DNA of 64,000 bases, taken from contig NC_068989.1 of assembly GCF_001194135.2 (NCBI RefSeq), positions 94,981,761 through 95,045,760 on the forward strand, in the 5' to 3' direction. Below the pieces are notes generated by a model. That model worked only from the letters and a program-made list of their open reading frames with translations, had not been told where the DNA came from and searched no databases. Positions 27,970 to 40,075 of the stretch are shown here, in pieces. This DNA is from Octopus bimaculoides. Taxonomy: Eukaryota. The number at the start of each line of letters is the position of its first letter. Positions within the stretch are counted from its first letter, which is position 1. Made by a program: the position numbers and the translations under genes.

Positions 27970-28380
27970 GCAATCAAAAATGATCAGAGAATTGGAATTA
28001 AGTTTTAGAATTAGTTACAAATTTCTGTTCGAGATGAAGGGCAAGTAAACCATTCAAAATGGAATAGTGAAGAGAGAAAAATATACGCTGCAGGGGATTG
28101 ATGAAAAGGCAAAGTTAGGGTATAAGACAGAAGAGAAGATGAGTTTGATGGGGAGTGTGTGTTTAAGTTAGATGAGACTCTTTCAATGGTGTAAGCTTGT
28201 TGGAGTGCGGAGCTGATTTATGATACGAAGTAACTCTGCGTGAGGAGGAAATTTCGTATTTCACAGAATTTAAGAAAGAAATCCAAAATCTTATTATAGA
28301 GGCGTCAGGACGGAAGAAATTTCAACAATAGGAGTTCATTGTTCGATAGTTGAGAGGAAGATAAGTCAATGCTGGAGAGT
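27970..28380 (-). mobile_element. Possible CR1-type LINE 3' remnant
   Basis: Reverse complement ttgacttatcttcctctcaactatcga resembles CR1 LxLxSLxYRR; pyrimidine-rich; heavily decayed. Confidence 0.35.
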
Positions 28381-28414
28381 GACTCAGCGGATTTATTATT
28401 AATTAAAGTATAGT

Positions 28415-28605
28415 CTGGCGAGCTGTCAGAATCGTTAGTACGCTGGGCACATTGCTTAGCGGCATTTCATTCGTCTTCATGTGCTGAGGTCAAACAATGC
28501 CGAGATCAACTTTATCTTTCATACTTTCGAGGTCGACGAAGTAAGTACCAATTGATTTACTACCAGCCCCGAAATTGCTAGCCTTGTGCCAAAATTTGAA
28601 ACCAT
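28415..28605 (+). mobile_element. SINE family B
   Basis: ggcgagctgtcagaatcgttag head and gccttgtgccaaaatttgaaacca tail. Confidence 0.85.
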
Positions 28606-29859
28606 GAATAATCAAAGTAAGTTGAATGAAACAACTAAATGGTGAAGTCATTAGAGCAACGGGTGTATCAGGTGCAACGGGTGCAACGGGTGCAATGCAT
28701 TGCTGAATTGTTTCCTGAATCTGTATGCTCTGAGGTCAAACATTGTCGAAGCCAAATTTGCTTGTGATAGTTGTTCTGGCCCTTTGTGTTCTAATTGCAA
28801 ATCCCATCATTGGTCTGCTTCGGTGGTAAACCTTATCTCGTGCTCCAGAGTAACACCACCAATTGACATCTTTGGATACCTTTAGCGAAGTCCCTTCCGT
28901 TTTAAGCATTTGAGTCATGTCACCAATTTCTTCATTTCCACCAATCTCAAAAGTTCTATAAAGAATCATCAGTCCAGCCTCCCCTCCTAACTAAAAGTTA
29001 AAATAGCTTAAGAAGAAAACATATACATAGTCAAACCTGATGATGAGTAAACTAATCTCAAGGACATCATGCTAAATATAGAATCTTCATGTTGGTGATA
29101 TAATTATAGCCAAGCGATCAACACAGTATATTACTGGTAGTTGTTCATTCGGGGGAGGCGACGTTGGTCGCATGTAAACTAAAATCTAAATTTCCTTTCT
29201 GGAAATTACTTATAGAAATTATATCTGCATGTTATTAATTTCACAAGGTTCAATGTGTAAAGGAAGGACGAATAAAGTTTATGATATCATTACAGGTAAA
29301 CAGCGATTTAACTGTGGTAAAATATCAATAAATTTGATTGGAAATTATGGAATTGGTTAACCTTCAGCTTGTGCCTATTCTAAGCAACTTTTTCCCTCGT
29401 ATAACGCAAATTTGTCCAGAATATAGCGGGTATTGCAGCATTTTCTCGCAGGCAACATCACAGTTGCTAGTACTCGGAAAATTTTGAGTTCATGTCAGTC
29501 ATTTATCTATGAAAGTTAAAATCAATAAATTTAATCTTCCTGCTGCTATTTTACAAAACAACAACAATTCTTTCCGATTCTTTTTTTTTTTTATATTTCA
29601 CACTTTATATATAGTGATTATATATTTAAACGTGGCCAATAAAAAAAAAATTAGCATGTTTTTCAAATCATTGTTTTCAAACAATTTTCGTTGAATTAGC
29701 GATGCTAATGTTGTTGTTGTTGTTGTTGTTTCTGTGTTTACTCTTAGAGTTTACTACTTTAGAAATTTGCCACCATTTAACACTTAAAACTCGAAGCTTT
29801 TTTTTTTTTCTTTCTTGTAGAATTTATTTTCAGTCTAAAAAGTTAAGAACCTGCACTTC

Positions 29860-30030
29860 TGCAAGCGACATGACTGTGTGGTAAAGAAGTATTCTTTTCA
29901 ACCATATGGTTTTGGGTTCAGTCACATTGCACGGTACCTTGGGCAAGTGTCTTCTACTACAGCTCCAAGCCGACCAATGCCTTATGTATATTTGGCATAA
30001 ATTCTTATGCCAAATATGCCGAGAAATAGA
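29860..30030 (+). mobile_element. SINE family A, 5' half
   Basis: gactgtgtggtaaagaag...gggttcagtcacattgcacggtaccttgggcaagtgtcttctactacagc. Confidence 0.82.
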
Positions 30031-30119
30031 CTTTAAATCGTAATATAACCACATATGATTCATCACTAAAAGCACACGTCACGAAGCACGCTGACAGAAA
30101 TTTCTAAAGAATTCCGTTA

Positions 30120-30180
30120 TCACCGAATCTTCCCGATTTCTGAGATAATTCATAAAGAATTCTCTCGTCATCAGCGGTAA
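30120..30180 (-). ncRNA. Near-complete type I hammerhead ribozyme
   Basis: Reverse complement: TTACCG (stem I), CTGATGA, C, GAGAGAATTC-tttat-GAATTATCTC (stem II), A, GAAA, TC-gggaa-GA (stem III), TT, CGGTGA (stem I). All core nucleotides are present; the 10.1/11.1 pair is a C-A mismatch; cleavage triplet AUU. Confidence 0.6.
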
Positions 30181-30270
30181 ATACGTTAAGAAATAAATGA
30201 AATAACGAACTGCACAAACGGAACAAGCAGACGCAAAACCATATTTATTTATAAGTTGTATATATATATA

Positions 30271-30447
30271 CACACATATGTCTTCCTTTTCTCTTGGACT
30301 TTACTCTGTTTTCTGTATTTGAAGACGAGCTTTGCTCGAAACGTAAAACACTCTATCTTTCCTTCTTCTTTTCATAATTTGCATGTACCACTACGCACGT
30401 TGCTTTTTCTTTAGTTTTTTTCTTCGTTTTTTTTTGGGGGGGGGGAT

Positions 30448-30452
<5 letters not shown>
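30271..30452 (+). mobile_element. Short repeat family P with degenerate minimal HHR, ending at (TA)n
   Basis: Homologous to the reverse complement of 34187-34390; contains TTGAAGA C GAGC-ttt-GCTC GAAAC GTA at 30319-30345. Confidence 0.7.
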
Positions 30453-30502
<50 letters not shown>

Positions 30503-31699
30503 ATATGCGTGTGCGTGTGCGTGCGTGTGTGTGTTTTAAAGAAGCGCTGTATATGAACATATTGAATGCCACGAAAAGTGAATGGTTATCAAAAAGGGAA
30601 ATTACAAAGTCTATGTATTTCCTTATACTGGACGCCAAACAATCTTTTACTTACTTGAAAATGATTATTTCATTTCTGTACATGAATCTAACAATGCGTC
30701 TATAAATAACATGTGACGGGAATGAACAGCACATCCCCATGATATCTGTTTTAGACTCGAGACGGATTGTACAATTATAAAGTAATTTAGTCTATCGAAG
30801 ACGTAAGACGAAGACAATAGACAATGACATGACTACAATATGTTTTTAGTAATTAAGCTGGGGACATGTTATCTTTGATAAAATGTGTATTAGTAATGAA
30901 AAAGACTTTGAATTATATACGCATTGCTGGTTTTTCTGACTATATATATAAATAATCATATTGAAATTAAGAGAAAATCTCGTCGGAATACTTTAGTTTC
31001 ATCAGAATATATTTCCTAATTTGATATTCGCCAGGAAAGTGGAATAAAGTAGAGATTTCCTTAGACTGTGGCACTAACAAATTCATAACCAGTCACTGTC
31101 TCACATCGTGTCCTCACCTAAAACTATTATGTCTCACGAACTTGTATAGAAACACTTTTGAACCACATAAACCAAGTGACAATGCTTCATCGTATTGTAA
31201 GAATTTCCCCTTTCCATCATTGTATACTAATAGTGGCCAAGCTGTGACTCAAAATTACTGTGCGCAGCTTTCAAAACAATGAGTTTTGAAATATTAACTA
31301 CTTAAATGATAACACAATAAAAAAAAACCCTTCAGTGAGTAAAGATTAAACCCTCTTATTGAGATTCCTTGCTAACGAGACATTACTCAATTCCTACTAT
31401 GTAGATGTAGATTTTCTTCTTCATAAATATAATTTTAAAAATGATTTTGCAGTTCTTGAACATTAAGTAATATTTCATGAAGCTCTTCTTATCTAAAAAG
31501 TTGTTTTAGTAAAAGCTCAGTGAAGATCCGAATCTCTGTTTGTCAGGTTTTAGTGTTAAACTGACTGACGCATTAAATCTACCACCAAACTAGGCCTTGG
31601 TGGGGTTTCAGTCACGAATACAAAGAGCTAGAACAAATATCAATAGGTATCCGGTCCAATGTTCATAGAATTCCGCCAATCCACCTCCTGAGATGGAAA

Positions 31700-31830
31700 A
31701 TTCTTTGATCGACCCCAAAAGAAGGAAAGGTAAAAGTTGGCTTTTGCATGACTTGAACTTAGAATGTTTTGAGTCGGAAGAATACAACGAAGCATTCTGT
31801 CTAACACTCTAATAACTCTGCCAGTTCACT
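31700..31830 (-). mobile_element. SINE family B, partial
   Basis: gatcgaccccaaaagaaggaaagg...gaacttagaa...taactctgccagttc matches family B on the minus strand. Confidence 0.7.
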
Positions 31831-31934
31831 TCAATATTAAAAAAAATGCAAGGCTGGAGAACTTTTTGGATAGATTGTGTAATACAGTGATACATTAAAC
31901 TCTTCAGAAGAGTTAGAACTGGGAATATATAACC

Positions 31935-32250
31935 AACTGCTCCTCCGTCGGTTACGACAACAATTATTCCAGTTGATCCGATCAACGGAAAGGCTTGCTC
32001 GTGAAATCAACGTGCAAGTGGCTGAACACTCCACAGACACATGTACCCTTAACGTAGTTCCCAGCGAGACGCATCGTGACACAGAATGTAACAAGGCTGG
32101 CCCCTTTGAAATACAAGCACAACTCGTTTTTGCCAGCTGAGTGCACTGGAGCAATGTGAAATAAAGTGTCTTGTTCAAGGACACAAGGTGCCACCAGTAA
32201 TAGAACTCGTGACCTAACGATCATGAGTCGAATTACCGAACCCCTAAGCC
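31935..32250 (-). mobile_element. tRNA-derived SINE family C (MetaSINE-like central domain)
   Basis: Reverse complement: ggcttaggggttcggtaattcgactcatgatcgttaggtcacgagttc...tgtgtccttgaacaagacacttta...ttgctccagtgcactcagctggcaaaaacgag. Related copy at 55825-55990. Confidence 0.7.
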
Positions 32251-32668
32251 TCGAGCATTCACCGGGAATGTGTGTGCGTGTGTGTATTATAATTAAAGGT
32301 TAGATTTAAATTAAAAAATATTATATATGTGTATGTATGTGGTGGGGTGTATATCATAATTAAAGTTGAGATTTAAAATATAAAATTCTAAAAACTTAAA
32401 CTACATTTTGTGTATGTACCAAGTAGTATGCCGGCAAAGCACGTTCAGTGTTTACGGCTACCTAGCATCATCCACGGTAATTGCACAATCGTCGTTGGAT
32501 CTACGTGAGGAATTCTACAGTGCACGTTGAGTATAGTAGAAACAGTATGTCCCAAGTAGGGGGTGGTATGTCCCAAGTAGGGAGCTGTGCAAGATGTGTC
32601 GAAACGATTGTTGTGATGAATAAAGTTTCCAGTATATTCCATCTTCCGAATGAATTGTTTCGAATATA

Positions 32669-32736
<68 letters not shown>

Positions 32737-32949
32737 NNNNNNNNNNNNNNNNNNNNNNNNNNNNNNNNNNNNNNNNNNNNNNNNNNNNNNNNNNNNNNNN
32801 NNNNNNNNNNNNNNNNNNNNNNNNNNNNNNNNNNNNNNNNNNNNNNNNNNNNNNNNNNNNNNNNNNNNNNNNNNNNNNNNNNNNNNNNNNNNNNNNNNNN
32901 NNNNNNNNNNNNNNNNNNNNNNNNNNNNNNNNNNNNNNNNNNNNNNNNN
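32737..32949. other. Assembly gap
   Basis: N run between (TG)n and (TC)n. Confidence 1.
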
Positions 32950-33004
<55 letters not shown>

Positions 33005-34186
33005 CTCCTTCCCCTCTTTTCCTGTCTTTTATCCACTACCACAATATATTTCTAATTTTCTATAGCTTTATGCTTTCTACGTCTCATCCTCCCCCAAACA
33101 TATTTACACATGTTGAGAGTATGCTCGCTGTCACGCATTCATAAATGAACTAATCATAATTGATAACAAAGACCGTACAGCAAGCTGTCATATCTACTTG
33201 TATGTATACAGACATACGTGTAAGTATACGGTCGTCTTGTCATATCTTTAAGGCGATATACTATTACCTAAAGTCACGACATTGATAATTAGAAGAGAAG
33301 ATTTATCTATGCACCAACCACACTTACCCAGTCATTGAGATTATCTAGTTAGTCAGATGTTGATGTTTCTTAATTTTACTGATGTTAGTCATGTCGACAC
33401 ATGAGCTCCAAGACATAACTTACTTCGACCGGTTCATCCAAGTTCATTCTGCCGGTTTCAAGAAGGAGAAGAAACCGATATACGGCGAAGAGTTCGATGG
33501 GTCAGTTAATCCGTCAGTCGATTCTGGGAGTCTTGAGAGGACACTATTACAAGCATTCAAGCCAAGTGTCTAGTCTGATGATATTTCCTTTTTCTTCCCT
33601 CACTAATAAAACACACACACATGCTTACATACATGTGTGTGTGTGTGTGTATGTGTGTGTAATACATATACACAGCTTTGTTACAGAATCCAATGCCGAT
33701 ACACTTCCTGTGATATATTTGGCTGGACGTTAAATAAAAGGTATGTAGATATTTGTAGAAGAACCCGATATAACCCGATGTTGTCAAAGTGAAAGGCAGC
33801 TTTTTAAAATACCCCATACACGTTTGATAAGTACAACCTCATTAGACAATTAGTGTTACTTAGAATCGCTTTCTTTATTACTGATATAAGTCAGGAGTTG
33901 TTAAAATTGGTCATATTCACTCACGCACACACATGTGTGCGTGTAATAACGTTTGTTTTTATGTGACTACATATTTTAAGTTCAAAAACACTCAGTTTTC
34001 GTAAATATATATTTATATATATTATAATGCTGTTGTTGTTGTTGTTGTTTGTTCTTTCTCGAGCCATGCCTGGTTCACAAGGGCCGGTTTCCCGCTTTCA
34101 TTGGTGTATAGGTTCCCCACCTGGACGGAACACTTGTCCGTCGCAATATATATATATATATATATAATTGTATATATATATATATA

Positions 34187-34390
34187 GTCAATCCAAACAT
34201 GAACAAGCAAGAAAAAACACGAAAAAACAACAACGCGAGAACGTGGAATAAGTACAGTGTTATTGGACGCTCAGGAAAGGAAAGAAAAGAAAGGGGATTT
34301 CACGTTTCGAGCGGAGCTCTTCATCAGAAATATAGGAAAAGTCCAAAGAAGGGAAGACGGAGAAAGAAAATCGCCATCGATACACACGCA
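34187..34390 (-). mobile_element. Short repeat family P with minimal HHR core, ending at (TA)n
   Basis: Reverse complement of 34297-34331 reads ATTT CTGATGA A GAGC-tcc-GCTC GAAAC GTG AAAT. Homologous to 30271-30452. Confidence 0.72.
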
Positions 34391-34429
34391 ACGGACGCAC
34401 GCACACGCACACCTGTGTGAATCTTTACG

Positions 34430-34620
34430 TCTGTGCCTCCCATCATCACTTGACGAGTGATGTTGGTTTGTTTGCGTCCCAATAAGTTAGTCGTTCCGCA
34501 AAAGGACTGATACAAAGAATAAGCATCGGGATTAAGAGAAGAAAAATAAATATCTGGGTCCATTCGTTCGGCAAATGGTTCTTCAAGACGATGCACCAGC
34601 ATGGTCGGAGCCTTTTTACG
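34430..34620 (+). mobile_element. SINE family A tail
   Basis: cacttgacgagtgatgttggtttgtttgcgtccc...ttcaagacgatgcaccagcatggtcg. Confidence 0.65.
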
Positions 34621-34780
34621 GAAACAAGTACACACTATACACACACACGCACAAACACATACACACACATACTTATATATATATGTGTGTATGCATACAT
34701 ACATACATACATACACATATATATATATATATATTTGGCAGGATATATATATATAAACATATATATGCATATATGTGTGT

Positions 34781-34825
<45 letters not shown>

Positions 34826-35603
34826 NNNNNNNNNNNNNNNNNNNNNNNNNNNNNNNNNNNNNNNNNNNNNNNNNNNNNNNNNNNNNNNNNNNNNNNNNNN
34901 NNNNNNNNNNNNNNNNNNNNNNNNNNNNNNNNNNNNNNNNNNNNNNNNNNNNNNNNNNNNNNNNNNNNNNNNNNNNNNNNNNNNNNNNNNNNNNNNNNNN
35001 NNNNNNNNNNNNNNNNNNNNNNNNNNNNNNNNNNNNNNNNNNNNNNNNNNNNNNNNNNNNNNNNNNNNNNNNNNNNNNNNNNNNNNNNNNNNNNNNNNNN
35101 NNNNNNNNNNNNNNNNNNNNNNNNNNNNNNNNNNNNNNNNNNNNNNNNNNNNNNNNNNNNNNNNNNNNNNNNNNNNNNNNNNNNNNNNNNNNNNNNNNNN
35201 NNNNNNNNNNNNNNNNNNNNNNNNNNNNNNNNNNNNNNNNNNNNNNNNNNNNNNNNNNNNNNNNNNNNNNNNNNNNNNNNNNNNNNNNNNNNNNNNNNNN
35301 NNNNNNNNNNNNNNNNNNNNNNNNNNNNNNNNNNNNNNNNNNNNNNNNNNNNNNNNNNNNNNNNNNNNNNNNNNNNNNNNNNNNNNNNNNNNNNNNNNNN
35401 NNNNNNNNNNNNNNNNNNNNNNNNNNNNNNNNNNNNNNNNNNNNNNNNNNNNNNNNNNNNNNNNNNNNNNNNNNNNNNNNNNNNNNNNNNNNNNNNNNNN
35501 NNNNNNNNNNNNNNNNNNNNNNNNNNNNNNNNNNNNNNNNNNNNNNNNNNNNNNNNNNNNNNNNNNNNNNNNNNNNNNNNNNNNNNNNNNNNNNNNNNNN
35601 NNN
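34826..35603. other. Assembly gap
   Basis: N run. Confidence 1.
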
Positions 35604-35720
35604 GGAGGAAGAAGGAAAGAAGGAGGAAGAAGGAAAGAAGGAGGAAGAAGGAAAGAAGGAGGAAGAAGGAAAGAAGGAGGAAGAAGGAAAGAAGGAGGAA
35701 GAAGGAAAGAAGGAGGAAGA
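35604..35720 (+). repeat. 18-bp purine tandem repeat (GGAGGAAGAAGGAAAGAA) x6.5, abutting a gap
   Basis: Seen directly; may extend into the gap. Confidence 0.95.
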
Positions 35721-36119
35721 GAAATACCTATTATATTAATACATACATACATACATATATCCAGATGAGTACATTTTTTTCCTGATACCCAGTGAGATTT
35801 AAGCGGTTTGGGTGGGGCTAGATTGTGAATATTCTACTCTAAACCAAATTTTATTGACAACATGCGTGGTTGTTGCCATTAAAAAGTGATGCCAAGTGCA
35901 GTGTTTCATTAATATGCAAAGACAACGTCTCGTACAGTTTGATCACCGAACGACATTCTAAAGGTAGACATTATTTGTTTTCTTAAAGTGACACTTTGCG
36001 ATACAGAGTAGTTGATTTTACATTGGCAACGAGCAAAGTTTGTGATAGAAAACTTATAAATTTAATGTTGCTTCCATGTACGGTAACAGATAATACAACT
36101 TTAAACGCTGACGTTGCTT

Positions 36120-36430
36120 TCCTATAAAAATGCTGCTAGATCGACTGAACAAAATTTTAACAAGAATATCTAAGAAAGGTCTTGATACTTTTGATGAGAA
36201 GTCTAGTAATTTAAATATATGATAATCTAAATGTTCAAATCAACAAGACCTTTTCTTTGCGTCAAAAGGCTGGATAAGTAGCTTTCAAGATGATCAAGTG
36301 TATCAGGAGAAAGAAGTAGAGATGACAGGAATACGGATGATTTTCTTTCGGTTGTAAAATTAAACTGAAACTTAAGAGAAATCTACGTATCACAAGACTA
36401 ACATACTTAATACATGAAGACTTGCGCTTG
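36120..36430 (+). mobile_element. pogo/Tigger-type transposase remnant (CENP-B-like HTH)
   Basis: FASKGWISSF at about 36256-36285 resembles the F-x-AS-x-GW-x-x-x-F motif; flanks are decayed. Confidence 0.45.
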
Positions 36431-37129
36431 ATGATAAGTGGCTGTCGCTGCTATCTAATCAGATCTGAGAACAAATTGAATTCCCAAGGCAATCGTAATT
36501 CTGTGCAGGTTTAATATTATAACATTAAAGAGTTAGAAAACGAAGAAGTTGTGGTGAAATCCATTATTTTTTATACTTGGAAACAGAGATTAACCTTGAG
36601 TATCCTATGCAAGATTACAACTAATTATTCATCGTATCCATACGTACATCAAAGTGTTGAAACATTCAAACCAAAGCTATTTGAGAGCCACAAAGCGTTG
36701 TACAAGAAACGACAGATCGGATTTTATGAACGTTCACTTGAAATATAATCTAAATATCAAAATATGGAGTATATAAAGAACATATTTGATTAACTGCATG
36801 TATTTTTACAAAGATTTATTTCAGTAACAGCATAAATTCTTCGGTCTCTCAACTTTATAGGTTGTTTAGTTGTCTTCGAGACTATGGTTTGATATCAGGT
36901 GAGAGGTCGATATTTTAACAGCCAAATCTGAGGAGGGAGGGAAACACCCATGACTTTTACAGGGTCTCCGATATTGGTTCAAGGAAAGGTGGGACTTATA
37001 TCTAGACCAGAGATCCGACCCAAGTAAAAGTGTTGACCCTGCTACAGTCAGCCATGGTTGAGCGGCGGTTGCAAATAGGTAGATGGAATAAGTCTGCCAC
37101 CCAACAGCAACCCCTCCATCTAACGGACT

Positions 37130-37290
37130 TCCACGTAGTTTCGATCGACTAATTTCCATTAACCCGGCTTTGGCCAACCCGAGGTTATAGTAGATAACTT
37201 TTGTTCAACGCGCAGTGCCATGGGATTGAATCCGAAAACATTCAGGTTGCAAGCAAACTTCTTAACCACAGAACCGTGACTGCGCTCAAA
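37130..37290 (-). mobile_element. SINE family A, 5' half
   Basis: Reverse complement: ggttctgtggttaagaagtttgcttgc...ggattcaatcccatggcactgcg...actataacctcgggttggccaaagcc. Confidence 0.72.
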
Positions 37291-38981
37291 GATGCATATT
37301 ATTTGTATGTATACTAAAAAAAAAAGATGGTGATAAAGAAATAATGAGTTTAAAGCCGAAAGCACTTTTGAATGTGATAAGATGCGGTGGCGTCGTAATA
37401 TCAGCTCTACCCGCAACTCGGTTGCACTAAATGATGAAACATCTTCATCGCTTATATGTTCGCTTTATAGCTATGGAACAACAAACTTGAGATAACGTTA
37501 GGTGAAAATAAATGCCTGATAATATTTGTGAGCTGCTGGTAGTTTGAAGGAGAATAAAACTAAATTATATATTCATCTACGTTGCTTCTGTTCCGTGTGC
37601 CAAAAGAAGAACATCTGAAACGCTTTATCAAGGAATGAGATGCTATACAGTTAAAAGACATAAAGATAGTTTTCAGTTTTCAAAAGATGCAAATTCGTAC
37701 GATACTAACTGACATGTCTGACTAGCAATTTGTAAATATTTGCCTACATATAAATTGTATGTGTTCACTAAAATGCATATATACATATATACATATATAC
37801 AATACATGTATGCATGCATGTATGTATGTATATATATATATATATATATATAGTTAAATGTATATGTTCCTGTATGCAACAAAGCATGCATATTTATTTA
37901 TGCATATCAGCATTCAACATAATAATACAAATCTATACGTTCATCGATACATAAATGCATACAAAATATAGAAACATTCTTCCTTACATAAAATTACACA
38001 TGGATAAATGAATAACATCCTATGGTTTCCTTGTGATAATTTTCACCAACTAAATACGGAATTCAATCAAATTTCAGCATTTTATCGTTTGACAAAAGCA
38101 ATATATCTCCATATCAGCTACTCCATGAAGCACTGTGAATTGCTTCGCTTGGATATACTTACATAAAACCGCAAATTCAACCGGTAGAATTACTTCAGAC
38201 AGAATAATCTGCAATTCTTAAAAGTATGTCTCCTTCCTAATAACACATCGCTTCTGCTCAGAAAGTATGTGCTTAAGCATAATTTTCTTTGTCATGCAAT
38301 CTTCTATTCAATCAATCCAGGTTTCAGCTATATTACTTAAAATTTATGATCTGTAAATAAATGTTTACTAATTGAATTGCTGTTTGGATTGTTTCTGTAA
38401 CTTTGACGTGAGTCATATTCTTCTCTTGTCTTTTAGTGGATTCAGTTAACGGGCAGCGGCCATGCTGGAGCGTGGCATTTCAAGGTTTGAGTTGATTATT
38501 TTGCCCCCAGTACTTTTCCTAATACTTATTCTTATTTCCTCGTTGTCGTACAATACAAAACGAAGAAGGAGATTTAATTCGGAGGGAAATGCCACCAAGT
38601 ACTTCTTTTCGAATGTACCGATTTTCCCCCCACATTGGAATATGTGATTTATACACAAAAGTTATTATAGCATGATGAAGGCTGCGAAACGGCCGTAATC
38701 CTAAGGACGGCAGGTGGCTAAATAAATATATTCACCTCTCATACCTGCTGACTCTTTGGGTCTACAAACAGCTCATGAAATAATTTCATTGATTGGATCT
38801 ACTGAATTTCAACTAGATGTATACATACATACATACATACATACGTATGTATGTGTATGTGTAACGAAGAATACCTAAGCCTAGATTTGGTAGTATACCA
38901 TAAAACTGCCGGCTACCCGGTAATTCTAAGGGTGAACGAGCTCTATTTTGCATTTTAATACATTCTTAACAGAATACACCT

Positions 38982-39046
<65 letters not shown>

Positions 39047-39127
39047 ATATGTATATATTCTTTTATACTTTTATTTGTTTCAGTCATTTGACTGCAGCCA
39101 TGCTGGAGCACCGCCTTTATATTCATA

Positions 39128-39584
39128 GTGACAGACGGTACCAAGTGGTATTGGCATTACTAGAAATAAGAGTCAAAACAGCTCAATAGTCACAAATGCA
39201 CTAGTGACGTCTACAAATTCGCTTTTAGGATGTTAAATTGCTAATAAGCAACCCATATTATTTATAGTTTTCACTTTTACTGTTTTTGAAATCGGTGTAT
39301 GGGTTCAACGGTTTGCTTATAAGCTGGCATGGTGAGTTGAGTTTAACCCTCGGCGCGGTAAGAGCCACTGATGAGAATTAAGATGCTCTGCACCGGTGAC
39401 CTGGCTACGTCCGCTAGGAAACTTATGTCCATTATCAGCAATTAAGATAGTATATTTGTGGCTATTCAGATTTTTTGACTCTTATTTCTAGCAATGCCGG
39501 CACCACTTCGTACCCTCTGTCACTTTACTTACGTCTATAAATTTGCTTTTAGATTGTTAAATTGCTAATGAGCCACCCATATTA
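39128..39584. mobile_element. Composite repeat with inverted (X) and direct (Y) terminal segments
   Basis: X at 39128-39202 is inverted at 39449-39523; Y at 39207-39260 is repeated directly at 39531-39584. Confidence 0.75.
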
Positions 39585-39689
39585 TACGTGTGTGTGTGTG
39601 TGTGAATGGATGTATAGTTGAATGTGAGTATATTTATACGAAGCCCTTATTCAGCTTTATTTCAAGATTCTTTGGCAATAGAGAAAAAG

Positions 39690-40075
39690 TCGGTTTATAA
39701 CCTAGTTCCAAAGATCTTTCATTGGAATTTAAAGGAGCCCAATTGTTCGTATGAGTACCGATACCGAAAACATTGTGGTGTTTTATTGATTGCACAAAGT
39801 TCCGAGGTTCAAAGTTTCTTTATTCGACTCTAATATTCTTTAGTGACACGTGTTTTGTTACCGATGCCATTGTAAGAGGTTTTCATCCACCCCTGGATAC
39901 TTTCCTCATCCACTCCTAGATAACATTCCTCATCAGATACAGGGGAAACAGTTAAGTCATTGATTGAGCTGTTGCTAGTCTGGTTTGCAGTTTTCCTTCT
40001 TTTCACAACCATATAGCAACATTTATTCCGACCAAACTCCAGCCCTGTATCCTTTGGGAATGTTGTAACCATGTT
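39690..40075 (-). mobile_element. R4/Dong-type LINE RT fragment
   Basis: VTTFPKDTGLEFGRNKCCYMVVKR...CYLGVDE...NKTRVTKEY, then RIKKL*TSELCAINK. Confidence 0.78.

Noticed and set aside
32545-32582. 17-bp direct repeat as a TSD
   Set aside because: The spacer is only 4 nt; this is a simple local duplication.
33389-33500. Second exon phase-compatible with 1387-1555
   Set aside because: Weak acceptor, no recognisable homology, and 1-in-3 chance of phase match.
38670-38700. HHR-like ATGATGAAGGCTGCGAAAC
   Set aside because: Core is mutated and there is no stem II.
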